Source of the DNA: a virus
Taxonomy: Duplodnaviria > Caudoviricetes
Reading direction: 5' to 3' (one strand)
Length of the DNA: 30,409 nucleotides
IMG/VR virus record: IMGVR_UViG_3300005805_000316
Span: 1 to 30,409 of that record
The notes under the pieces were generated by a model. The model saw only the letters and a list, made by a program, of their open reading frames with translations. It searched no databases and had not been told where the DNA came from. The translations under genes were made by a program, and so were the position numbers. The number at the start of each line of letters is the position of its first letter. Positions within the stretch are counted from its first letter, which is position 1. Below, in pieces: positions 9,061 to 17,987 of the stretch.

Positions 9061-10370
9061 CTTTTAAATGGTATCCTACCATAAGAATCTCTTACTAAAG
9101 CAAGTTGTGTATATGCGCCATCACGAGCATCTAACTGTTGAGTGATATTTGCAATCATATAATATCCACTATTCTTACCACTCACAACTTGAGTTTTATC
9201 TGAACTTAGTTCAGGAAAATCGCAATAAATCAAATCACCAGCACGATGAGAAAAATCACCAGCTATAACAATATTTAACACAATTGTGAAGAGTTGATTA
9301 TAACGACTTGCTGCTTGTGCTGCTATTTCATCTACGTTGTAATCTTTCTTCTTTGATTTATCTTTGTCAATTGATTGTTTAATTCCATAAGGTTGCATCT
9401 TACTGATGATCCTTGTTGGTTTTCCAAATATATCTTCTGGTAAGGAAGGAAGTTCTTTACCTGCCAAATTAACACCATCAGCACCTTCCATTTCAGCTAA
9501 GAATTGCTCTTCAGTATATCCAGTATCAAAATAATTATAAGTTTTTACTTGCGAACCCCAAGCACCAATTGCCATTTTTTGTTGAACATCAATATTGATT
9601 ACTGGAGTTGCTTGTAATATTTTTCCATAATAACCTGCAGGAAGTTCTGTTGTGTTATTATAGATGTATCTTTTACAAGGTCTTTCTTTGTCAAGTAACT
9701 TCTCAATAGATCTAAATTTAAATCCATCATAATTTTCAAAAAAGAAAAATCCAGCAGATGTCTTTGTTCCACCTTTAGGAACAGATCTTCTTGCTAATGT
9801 AGTACATTTGTAGAATGGTTTCTCAACATGAGCATTGAAAGAATAATCATTTTCAGTTTCTTCTATATCATCAATGTTTTTTGGTGTTTTTAGAAAATCT
9901 TTAAGTATTTTATAAACAGAAATAGATATTCTTCCCTCAAATGCTTCATCAACTCTTGTCTCTACAAGTTCATTTTTAAAGAACTCAGTAGTAACCAAAT
10001 CAATCACAAATACCATATTTTGAGTGTGTTCTATTTTATTACGTATTCTTCCTATACGCAATACTCTTTCATCAGAAAAATTAAGTTTATTTCCATATCC
10101 ATCTTCAATATGAAGTTCAACTTTTTCTCCACCACATAAATTAAGTCCTTCAATCAAACCAACATACTTACCATCATTCTCAATTGAATATCCAGTATCA
10201 GCAATAATTGCAGTTGCTTTTATAGAATTTTCAAGGATACTTTCGTAGTAATGTAAATTTACAAAGATACCTTCTTTCTGTGGAATGTCGGCAAACTTTC
10301 CATTCTTATTAGAAAAAATTCTAAACCTAGTTACATTAAATTCTTTTACTGTTTGATTGTTTAATCCCAT
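9057..10370 (-). CDS. Putative baseplate hub protein (gp27/GpD-like)
   Basis: 437 aa between tape-measure-like genes and gp5; YYESIL, FFFFENYDGFKFRSIE, SGYYMIANI..LVRDS resemble GpD-fold hub proteins. Confidence 0.55.
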   Translation of the reverse strand: MGLNNQTVKEFNVTRFRIFSNKNGKFADIPQKEGIFVNLHYYESILENSIKATAIIADTGYSIENDGKYVGLIEGLNLCGGEKVELHIEDGYGNKLNFSDERVLRIGRIRNKIEHTQNMVFVIDLVTTEFFKNELVETRVDEAFEGRISISVYKILKDFLKTPKNIDDIEETENDYSFNAHVEKPFYKCTTLARRSVPKGGTKTSAGFFFFENYDGFKFRSIEKLLDKERPCKRYIYNNTTELPAGYYGKILQATPVINIDVQQKMAIGAWGSQVKTYNYFDTGYTEEQFLAEMEGADGVNLAGKELPSLPEDIFGKPTRIISKMQPYGIKQSIDKDKSKKKDYNVDEIAAQAASRYNQLFTIVLNIVIAGDFSHRAGDLIYCDFPELSSDKTQVVSGKNSGYYMIANITQQLDARDGAYTQLALVRDSYGRIPFKR

Positions 10371-10372
10371 TA

Positions 10373-13285
10373 TTATAGAGATGCGGTGATTGGTAAAGTA
10401 GTTCCACTATTATCTATAGAACCAATAGGACCTCCACTATTCATAGGCGTTGGAACTGGTTTTTCTATGAATATTCTTTGAAGAAAAATATTTCCACCAG
10501 CAACTTCATAAGAAGTTTTTTGATTCAACCCAGATGCAACATTTGGAGATGTTAATGATGCTAATAATACCTGTTGATTTGTTGGATTTGATGTGGTTGA
10601 TGGTGTTAGTGATGCTTGTTGATTTGTTGGATTTGATGTGGTTGATGGTGTTAGTGATGCTTGTTGATTTGTTGGTTTTGCTGCGGTTGATGGTTTAACA
10701 ATTTCAATTTTAGCACCGTTAGCAACTCCACTCATACCCAAAGCTTGTGCTGCGGCTCTGCTTAAATCTAAAACCCTACCAGGAATAAAAGGTCCTCTAT
10801 CATTAATTCTAACAACTATGCTTCTTCCTTTCCAAGTCACTCTAACAAGAGTTCCAAATGGCAATGTCTTATGTGCAGCAGTCATTTCATCACCGGTGTA
10901 AGTTTCTCCGTTTGCAGTTTTATTTCCATAGAAACCAGGACCATACCAACTTATTTCTCCTTGAAGTTCTCTACCAGTCGGTTCTACTTGAAGATTACTC
11001 ATTTGCAATGGAGTTCTCTTTCTAACTCCAGTAACAGTTCCAAATCTAAAATATGCATCACCATCATTATATCCCGTTATTCTATTTCCTCGATCATCTT
11101 TAACTTCAAAATGCAAATGGGGTCCAGTTGAATTTCCAGCACCAGGAGCTCCTGCTTCACCACCAGTTAATCCAATTACCTTTCTTTCACCTTCTTTTAT
11201 TTCTTCTCCTTCACTAACATTAATCCTAGACAAATGAGCATATACTGATTGCTTTCCATCAGTATGTCTAACAATAACTAGGTTACCATAACCACTTGGA
11301 TCAAGTCGAGCATAAGTAACTGTTCCGGGTTTAAAAACAGTTATTGCTTTACCAACAGGAATTTGATAGTCCCTTGCCCGGTAATCATGATCATTTTTAG
11401 AACGACCAAAACCTCTTCCAGGATATAAACTAGGAAGTTCTCCACCAGAAACTTCATATTCCAATAAATCTCCATTGGGTGATGGATTATCATAAGGTGT
11501 TTCTCCAAACACACCTTCCTTACTAAACTGCTGACGAATAGACTGTAAAGTTTCAGTGACTTTACTATTCATCATTGCTTCAAGTGTTTTGCCAAGTCTC
11601 TCACCAATCTGCATTCCAATACTCTGACCAGTAGATAAAGTTCTTGGAACTGAACCACCACCAGCAAGACCTACAAGTTCTTTTTGAATATTACCAATCG
11701 TATTAGATGTCTCGGCATCAATTGCATTCTGTACTAATGCACCAAATCCATATCCAATTCTTCTAAAGACACTAGCATCAGGTTTCTGTCCCATCGCTAA
11801 GTCAACAGAAGCACCCATAATACCACCAAGAAGAGGAACCTCTTTAAGGTTTTTAGAAGTTATTTCTAATACTCCAAGAGGATTTCTTTGTCTTGTATCT
11901 TCCGGAGAAGGAAATATTTTTTTAATCTCTTCTTTACCGCCAACATCTTTGCCTGGAATTGTCTTTTGTGGTTTGATTTTTGGTGGTCTGGTTCTTACTC
12001 TTCTTACTGATCTTTTTGCTGGACCAGAAACTCTTTGACCACCTCTGGTGACTTGACCGCCTTGTGCTTTTGCTTCTGGCAATTTTCCATTATATCCAGT
12101 AAGAGTATCATATAATGCTTTTCCTAACCAGTCTCCAGCAAATCCACCAACAAACATACCAATTCCAGCACCAATTCCAAATGTTGTTCCTCCGGCAATA
12201 GCAATTCCAATACCTTGACCTATAGCACTTCCAACTGCTCCCGCTGCTGCTCTAGATGGTTTCTCTTTAAAGATAACAGTATCAATAATAAACCCAATCA
12301 ATGCACCAATGATTGGAACTGCAGCTAAAGATTTTAAAGATTGTTTTGCTCCTTGAGTCGCTACTTGCGTTGATGCTTGACGAGCAGCAACTGATTGTTC
12401 AAATGATAGTCCCTTTCTTGCTTGCTCTAAAGCAAAAGAACCTGCCTTTGCTTGTCCAGGTAAACGATATCTACCCGGAGTCATTCCAGTTCCAGCACCA
12501 AAACCACCAGTTGATTTTGCCAAAGAACCTGAAGCACCTGCTGCAGCAACTCCAGTAGCACCACCTGGTCTCCTAAAATCAGTACCACCCATTGTGGACA
12601 TACCAGCAATGAGTGCAAGATTAGCAAATATATTAAACTGCTTACTAAACTCATCAAATTTCTTTTGGAAATCTTCACCACCAACTTGCTTGGTAAGTTC
12701 TCTTACTTTATCGTATGCTTTGTATCCTTTATCAATAAATTCAACAGCACCGTTTAAAAGATTTCCTGCAAAGTCTTCAACAAACTTAAATGCTGGAATT
12801 AATTTTTTACTAAACTCAAGTATCTTTGGAATGTGCTTTCCAAACTTAACAAAAGCAGCACCAAGTAAAGTATAAAAAAGAAACCTCTTAATCGCATCAA
12901 GGAAACCTGTTCTTGGTAATGATGGAATTGATAATGATGTTTTTTGTTTTGGATCTTTTTTTTCTAATTGCTGCTCCTTCTTTGCAAACTTTTCTTTCTC
13001 TAAAAGTTTTCTTTTTCTCTCTTCACTCTTTTTGAATAGAGTATTATTATCAGCGATTACCTTTTGAATTGATATTACATTTTTACGAATTTGTATAACT
13101 TCACCAAGTAAAGTTTTTCCACCACCTACTCTTTCATTTTCAACTGGAGTAATGTCACTTGCTCTAACAATTGCAGATGACTTTACCTTAATATTGGAAA
13201 TAGGAACAAGAAACTTCTGCGTGGTAAGTGCGCTTCCTGTTGACTTTGAAGGTGGTAGTAGTTTTTTAGAATCTATTACTGCCAT
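10373..13285 (-). CDS. Tape-measure-like virion protein with M23 peptidase-like and RlpA-like (DPBB) lytic transglycosylase domains
   Basis: 970 aa; coiled N-terminus, Gly-rich hydrophobic segments, GYGNLVIVRH..YAHLS..GNSTGPHLHFEV (M23), ISWYGPGFYGNKTANGE..TAAHKTLPFGT..INDRGPF..RVLDLS (RlpA). Confidence 0.8.
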   Translation of the reverse strand: MAVIDSKKLLPPSKSTGSALTTQKFLVPISNIKVKSSAIVRASDITPVENERVGGGKTLLGEVIQIRKNVISIQKVIADNNTLFKKSEERKRKLLEKEKFAKKEQQLEKKDPKQKTSLSIPSLPRTGFLDAIKRFLFYTLLGAAFVKFGKHIPKILEFSKKLIPAFKFVEDFAGNLLNGAVEFIDKGYKAYDKVRELTKQVGGEDFQKKFDEFSKQFNIFANLALIAGMSTMGGTDFRRPGGATGVAAAGASGSLAKSTGGFGAGTGMTPGRYRLPGQAKAGSFALEQARKGLSFEQSVAARQASTQVATQGAKQSLKSLAAVPIIGALIGFIIDTVIFKEKPSRAAAGAVGSAIGQGIGIAIAGGTTFGIGAGIGMFVGGFAGDWLGKALYDTLTGYNGKLPEAKAQGGQVTRGGQRVSGPAKRSVRRVRTRPPKIKPQKTIPGKDVGGKEEIKKIFPSPEDTRQRNPLGVLEITSKNLKEVPLLGGIMGASVDLAMGQKPDASVFRRIGYGFGALVQNAIDAETSNTIGNIQKELVGLAGGGSVPRTLSTGQSIGMQIGERLGKTLEAMMNSKVTETLQSIRQQFSKEGVFGETPYDNPSPNGDLLEYEVSGGELPSLYPGRGFGRSKNDHDYRARDYQIPVGKAITVFKPGTVTYARLDPSGYGNLVIVRHTDGKQSVYAHLSRINVSEGEEIKEGERKVIGLTGGEAGAPGAGNSTGPHLHFEVKDDRGNRITGYNDGDAYFRFGTVTGVRKRTPLQMSNLQVEPTGRELQGEISWYGPGFYGNKTANGETYTGDEMTAAHKTLPFGTLVRVTWKGRSIVVRINDRGPFIPGRVLDLSRAAAQALGMSGVANGAKIEIVKPSTAAKPTNQQASLTPSTTSNPTNQQASLTPSTTSNPTNQQVLLASLTSPNVASGLNQKTSYEVAGGNIFLQRIFIEKPVPTPMNSGGPIGSIDNSGTTLPITASL
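10572..10675. repeat. 45-bp perfect tandem repeat, about 2.3 copies, encoding NQQASLTPSTTSNPT
   Basis: Copies at 10572-10616, 10617-10661 and a partial copy at 10662-10675. Confidence 0.95.
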
Positions 13286-13286
13286 C

Positions 13287-15341
13287 TTATCCTATTCCGT
13301 AAATAGAAGCATTAATAGTCGCGGTTACAGTATCAGGTGGCATAAACTGCGGAACTTTTGTACCACCAGAAGATACTGCTTGCTGTGTTGCTTGTTGAAT
13401 AATTGGAGGAAGTTCTATGATTGATGCTTTTCCACTATTAGCAACTGGTGGTCCAGGAGGAGATAATCTTAATGTTGGTGTGATATTTTTTGCTTGAATT
13501 GTGTTATAGTCTGGATCATACTTATCATAATCTCCAGGAGCATATTGCATCTTGTAATCAATATCTTCTCTTGGCGTTGTATCAAGATAAGGAATTCTAA
13601 TAAGATCTTGGAAAATTGGATTATATTTTACTCCACTTTTAAAATCTTCTTTATCATAACTTGTGTGTGGATATGGACTATCAGGAGCTGAATTTGTTTT
13701 AGACCAAGAAGGAGTCATAAAATCAATAAGTCCTTTTGGTGTTATTTGGTGTTCATCTCGTTTAAAAACTTTCTCAACGGGAAGTTGCATTTTTGCACGT
13801 TTTTCTGCATCAGATAAAGGATAATCTGTAATTGGAGAAGATGGAAAATCAAATGCTATATTACTACTCATTCCTCTTTTTTGACGCGAACCACTCATAA
13901 TATTAAGAGGCATTCTTATATTAGGTGCTCCCATTTGAATTGAAGGAGACTTAAATCCCTTTCCAATCATTCCACCACCAGCAGCCATTTGGATGTTATT
14001 CACAAACTTTGGAATGTTTGTACCACCACCCATCTTATTCATTGCAAGTAATCTATCAGCACCCCAATAATCAACAGCAGGTTTACTAAAGACTACTTCT
14101 CCTGGTTGCAATACGGTTGCTTGAGTATCAGCACCAGCACCTGTTACAGTAACTCCAGTGTTTTGAGTAACAAATCCATCACCAACATATGGTGTAAGTG
14201 AATCTCTTTCTCCACCACCAGTAAATGCTTTTGCAACAGGAATCATGCCACCACCTTTATATTGCATTGCACCACCAGTAGCAAAGTCAATGATACTCTT
14301 CATTGGACCTGGTTGCTTACCATAATTTGGATCTACTTGCTGCAACTCTTTATCTCTTTCTTCTCTTTGAGATTGCATATAAATTCCAGCACCAACAGTA
14401 GCAGCTCCAGTAGCAAGTAATACTGCTGTTTTTGGATTGCTATTCACAAAACTCATTAACTTTGGTATTGCAAATCTAGCAAGTTGTAAAGTTAGTTTTG
14501 TAACTGTTCCAACAAAACCACGAACAAATGCCCCAAAAGGAGTTGTAAATAAAACAAGTGCTCCTAATAAGGTAGGCCACCAATCCTTTAAGAATCGTTT
14601 GAGAACTTCTACCTTTTCTTTATTCTTTGGATTATTAAACCAATCAATGAATTTAACAAATGCTCTTCCAAGTAAAGTATAAAGAATAAAGTTTAAAATC
14701 CTATCCAAAATACCTTGAACTGGTGCAAGCATCTTGGATGCAACTGATGCAATCTTACTTAATCCTTTCTCAAGTCCTTCTTCTCTCTTTCTTCTCTGTT
14801 CTTGTTCGCTTCTCTTCCTTTCAGTCTCGTCGCTCTTCTTAATTAATTTATTTTGAGAATTTAGACTTTCTAAAATTTTAGCGACAGTCTCATTAATTGT
14901 TATTACATTCTTAAGCAGGTCTCCATTATTTTCACCATCACCTGAAGTCTCAGGTACTATTGCTTTACTTGTAAGATAATATTGTTGCTTTGATACTTGA
15001 ATTGGGCCAGTAACTCCAAGATTATCTGCGGTTATTTTCTTCTTCTTTAACTTAAATCTTCCTACCTTACCCTTAACTCTCTTATATTCTTCATCAATTA
15101 GCATTGATTCATCAGTTGATAATTTCTTATCACTCATTCTTGCTTCTGCCATCTTCTCGCGGAGAAGCGTCATATAAGTTGAATAGTCAATATCAAAAAC
15201 ATCATTAAGTCCAAGAAGTTTTAGTATTCTTTCATCAATCTCTTCACTTACTAAGTCATCACCACGAGTTCCTTCATAAAGAGCAAGAGCACGATTCCTG
15301 CTTGTCTCCTCTTGAAGTGTCTCGTTTAATGACTCATCCAT
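13287..15341 (-). CDS. Tape-measure-like / baseplate hub-associated virion protein
   Basis: 684 aa; coiled coil, hydrophobic segments; shares LDxIxxFxxYTLLGxAFVKF with the 970-aa protein. Confidence 0.55.
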   Translation of the reverse strand: MDESLNETLQEETSRNRALALYEGTRGDDLVSEEIDERILKLLGLNDVFDIDYSTYMTLLREKMAEARMSDKKLSTDESMLIDEEYKRVKGKVGRFKLKKKKITADNLGVTGPIQVSKQQYYLTSKAIVPETSGDGENNGDLLKNVITINETVAKILESLNSQNKLIKKSDETERKRSEQEQRRKREEGLEKGLSKIASVASKMLAPVQGILDRILNFILYTLLGRAFVKFIDWFNNPKNKEKVEVLKRFLKDWWPTLLGALVLFTTPFGAFVRGFVGTVTKLTLQLARFAIPKLMSFVNSNPKTAVLLATGAATVGAGIYMQSQREERDKELQQVDPNYGKQPGPMKSIIDFATGGAMQYKGGGMIPVAKAFTGGGERDSLTPYVGDGFVTQNTGVTVTGAGADTQATVLQPGEVVFSKPAVDYWGADRLLAMNKMGGGTNIPKFVNNIQMAAGGGMIGKGFKSPSIQMGAPNIRMPLNIMSGSRQKRGMSSNIAFDFPSSPITDYPLSDAEKRAKMQLPVEKVFKRDEHQITPKGLIDFMTPSWSKTNSAPDSPYPHTSYDKEDFKSGVKYNPIFQDLIRIPYLDTTPREDIDYKMQYAPGDYDKYDPDYNTIQAKNITPTLRLSPPGPPVANSGKASIIELPPIIQQATQQAVSSGGTKVPQFMPPDTVTATINASIYGIG

Positions 15342-15507
15342 TTTGCTGTTGTTTTAACTTTTCTTCTTCTAGATGATTTTTTAATAGAGTCACATACACA
15401 TCCCTTTCCCAAGGTATTAAATTTTCAATCTCTGTCAAAGAGTATTTATGATACTGAATCAAGGAGAAATTAAGTTGGTAATAATTTTCTAGATCCATAT
15501 GGATCAT
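15334..15507 (-). CDS. gp51: Baseplate hub assembly catalyst gp51-like, 57 aa (not in ORF track; possibly the -1 frame extension of gp26)
   Basis: MIHMDLENYYQLNFSLIQYHKYSLTEIENLIPWERDVYVTLLKNHLEEEKLKQQQNG; HKYSLTEIEN..PWERD.Y motif. Confidence 0.8.
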   Translation of the reverse strand: MIHMDLENYYQLNFSLIQYHKYSLTEIENLIPWERDVYVTLLKNHLEEEKLKQQQNG

Positions 15508-15522
15508 TGCTATACGAAAAAA
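15492..15522 (-). other. Candidate -1 ribosomal frameshift signal: slippery T TTT TTC plus downstream hairpin GATCC-ATAT-GGATC
   Basis: Heptamer 15522-15516 is in X XXY YYZ phase at the end of gp26; the -1 frame reads R-I-A directly into the gp51 ATG. Confidence 0.6.
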
Positions 15523-16229
15523 GACGATAACCCTTCTAAAACGACTTCATTTTCAACTTGTGTTTTTGGATTTACTACCTTAACCTTATGAGATAGTTTA
15601 GGCATTGTTTCAAAGAACTTCTCAATTGATTTAAACTGTGAAGAATTCATTTGGTCAAGGAATTCTTGTAGTTCTTTTTTTGTTACGTCTGTAGTTGACC
15701 ATACCTCATCTTCTGTATAAATTTTATCAATACAAGATGCAATAAGATCAAATGCTTGATCCATATCACTTGTTGCATTGAAGTCAAAATTGTTTTTGAT
15801 GAACTGCTCCAGTGATGGATATTTCATCTCAAGCATTACATTATCATCAACTTTAATCTTCTTGTCATGGCCATCAAACTTTTGAACTTCAATTTCATCA
15901 ACATTAATCTTAACTGGAACTGTAGTCTCTCCATCATCAGGGCAAATGATATTAACTTCTATTTCCTCTCCTACAGACTTTCCACGAATGTTAAGAAAGA
16001 GATATTCAATATCAAATGTAGGAAGAGATTCTACTTTAACTCCTCTTGTCTCAATACAATTTTTAATAACAGTCTTAATTGACTCTGTAATTTGTTTTGT
16101 ATCTTCACTCTCAAGTGCTAATACAAGTAACTTTTCTTCTCTAACTAGAAATGGTCTGTACTTAATTTCTTTTCCTGTTGAAGGTAGAGTTAGAGAATAA
16201 GTTGGCGTTGAAATCTTTGGTAAAGGCAT
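15510..16229 (-). CDS. gp26: Baseplate hub assembly protein gp26-like
   Basis: MPLPKISTPTYSLTLPSTGKEIKYRPFLVREEKLL..FDIEYLFLNIRGKSVGE..GLSSFF. Confidence 0.85.
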   Translation of the reverse strand: MPLPKISTPTYSLTLPSTGKEIKYRPFLVREEKLLVLALESEDTKQITESIKTVIKNCIETRGVKVESLPTFDIEYLFLNIRGKSVGEEIEVNIICPDDGETTVPVKINVDEIEVQKFDGHDKKIKVDDNVMLEMKYPSLEQFIKNNFDFNATSDMDQAFDLIASCIDKIYTEDEVWSTTDVTKKELQEFLDQMNSSQFKSIEKFFETMPKLSHKVKVVNPKTQVENEVVLEGLSSFFV

Positions 16230-16257
16230 AATATCCTATGTTCGTTTCAGTTGTAAT

Positions 16258-16265
16258 TATTTATC
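16258..16265 (-). promoter_or_regulatory. Late promoter GATAAATA
   Basis: NATAAATA in the intergenic gap upstream of gp26. Confidence 0.7.
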
Positions 16266-17039
16266 TTAATATGGATATAGTTGTCCTAGTGTAGGTCTAT
16301 TTACATCCACTTCAACTGTCTGAGGAACATCAGTCGGTCTTGGTCCATATAAAGTTAATTCCTGTGTTATAGGTTGTGAAGGTTCTTCATCCTGTGAAGT
16401 AAGTTGTGAAGAATTTTCTAAGTAGTATCTCTTGTAAGTAAAAGCTACAGTGCATTTCAAAAGTTGAGAAGAATCATATGACACTGGCATAGAAGTAATA
16501 GATATTGGATAAGCACCAATAAAAGTATATTCTATTTTTCTATTATAGTCTTTTTCAAATTTTTGAATGTGCATATTCACATTATAATCATTTGGAAACT
16601 TAACTCTATAATTGAAAGTCTGTTTAGACTGTTCTGTATATTGAGTTTCACCTACAATCCAAGATATCCAGGTTTCAAAGAATTTTACTATTGTATAATC
16701 ATGATCAACATAAAAAGTAAAATCGGCACGATCATCATATAATCTACGGTATGCGTACCTTTCAGTTACACCAGTATAGTCATTATTAATTTCATTTGTT
16801 GCAAGAGAAGATCCTGGAAGAGATGCTTCAGAGCAAGATAAAGTAAGAAGTTCAGGATCAACAAGTGCCTGTCTGTTACCAAAAAATTGTTTAATAGATG
16901 AACCATCTGCTGCAGATTTTTTTTCTAAAAGTTCAGAAGCATTAAAATAGACAGCATAAGTTGAAGTAAGTGATGGTCTCAATAATTTTGTTTTTATTTC
17001 AGACATTAAATATTTTTTTGGATTTTGATTCGAAGCCAT
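16266..17039 (-). CDS. Tail-tube-fold baseplate protein (gp54/gp19-like)
   Basis: LSCSEASLPG..FTFYVD..FFETW..YPISITSMPVSY..KCTVAFTY tail-tube-fold motifs. Confidence 0.65.
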   Translation of the reverse strand: MASNQNPKKYLMSEIKTKLLRPSLTSTYAVYFNASELLEKKSAADGSSIKQFFGNRQALVDPELLTLSCSEASLPGSSLATNEINNDYTGVTERYAYRRLYDDRADFTFYVDHDYTIVKFFETWISWIVGETQYTEQSKQTFNYRVKFPNDYNVNMHIQKFEKDYNRKIEYTFIGAYPISITSMPVSYDSSQLLKCTVAFTYKRYYLENSSQLTSQDEEPSQPITQELTLYGPRPTDVPQTVEVDVNRPTLGQLYPY

Positions 17040-17040
17040 C

Positions 17041-17048
17041 TATAAATA
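17041..17048 (+). promoter_or_regulatory. T4-type late promoter TATAAATA
   Basis: Perfect consensus 30 bp upstream of the gp4 ATG in the divergent intergenic region. Confidence 0.85.
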
Positions 17049-17078
17049 TTTTTACGGTATATATTATGTAGTCTCCAT

Positions 17079-17519
17079 ATGGCAGAAAGTTACAAGAGCA
17101 GGTACAAACCATCTTATCCACAAAAATATAAAGGTGATCCTAATAACATTATTTGTAGAAGTAGTTGGGAAAGAAAGTTCTGCAATTGGTGTGACTTAAA
17201 TGAAAATATAATTTCTTGGGGATCTGAAGAATTCTGTATTAGTTATTATAATCCAGTGAAACAAAAAGTATGCAAATACTTTCCAGACTTTATTATTAAG
17301 GTTAAAGAGCAGTCTGGCGAAATTAAAACATATGTGATTGAAGTAAAACCAAAAAAACAAACTGTTCAACCTAAGGTTCCAAAAAGAAAAACAAAGTCTT
17401 GGTTATATGAAATGCAAACTTATGCAGTGAATCAAGCAAAATGGAGAGCAGCAGAAGAATGGTGTAAAGATAGATTAGTTGAGTTCAAAATCATCACAGA
17501 GGACAATCTGTTCGGTTAA
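17079..17519 (+). CDS. gp4: Head completion protein gp4 (TnsA-like nuclease fold)
   Basis: KYKGDPNNIICRSSWERKFC..WGSEE..YFPDF..IEVKP..NQAKW. Confidence 0.9.
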   Translation: MAESYKSRYKPSYPQKYKGDPNNIICRSSWERKFCNWCDLNENIISWGSEEFCISYYNPVKQKVCKYFPDFIIKVKEQSGEIKTYVIEVKPKKQTVQPKVPKRKTKSWLYEMQTYAVNQAKWRAAEEWCKDRLVEFKIITEDNLFG

Positions 17520-17899
17520 TGGCAAAAGGATTTGGAGAGGATATTAAGAGAAATTCTCCAAGAGTTTCTCAACTCAAAAGAAGAATAGAAGGTCTCACTG
17601 ATGCTGAATCTATTATGCTTGAGATTATGGATGTATTCCGTGAGACTGAATTTATACCTGATGTTGGAAACTATTATACCTTCATTTACTTACCCAAAAC
17701 AAACGAAATTGAATACGATCAGTTTCCACTAATTGCTTGTATTGAAGTTCAAAAGTGGGGATTTAAAGGATTTAATTTTCACTGGAACCAAGTAAGAAAC
17801 TATACTTGGTTAGAAGTATCAGGTAAACTTCACACTATTAATAATGATGAGATAGATTATCTTCGTTCTGTTCGTTATGCAAGATTTCTAAAATCATAA
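17519..17899 (+). CDS. DNA end protector gp2-like, short form
   Basis: GNYYTFIYLPK..YDQFPLI..GFKGFNFHW resembles the gp2 core; adjacent to gp4. Confidence 0.55.
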   Translation: MAKGFGEDIKRNSPRVSQLKRRIEGLTDAESIMLEIMDVFRETEFIPDVGNYYTFIYLPKTNEIEYDQFPLIACIEVQKWGFKGFNFHWNQVRNYTWLEVSGKLHTINNDEIDYLRSVRYARFLKS

Positions 17900-17906
17900 C
17901 TAAATA
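17899..17906 (+). promoter_or_regulatory. Variant late promoter ACTAAATA
   Basis: At the end of the preceding gene, upstream of gp48; the same variant recurs before other genes. Confidence 0.55.
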
Positions 17907-17924
17907 GAAAAAAAAGTATCATAA

Positions 17925-17987
17925 ATGTCTCATACTCTACAAAAAATTGAGATAATTAATCCTCTTGTATGTGAGGAGAATTTCTGA
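17925..17987 (+). CDS. 20-aa upstream mini-ORF coupled to gp48
   Basis: MSHTLQKIEIINPLVCEENF; stop overlaps the gp48 start (TGATG). Confidence 0.3.
   Translation: MSHTLQKIEIINPLVCEENF

Noticed and set aside
10572-10675. Tandem repeats as a CRISPR array
   Set aside because: No spacers; they are in-frame coding repeats
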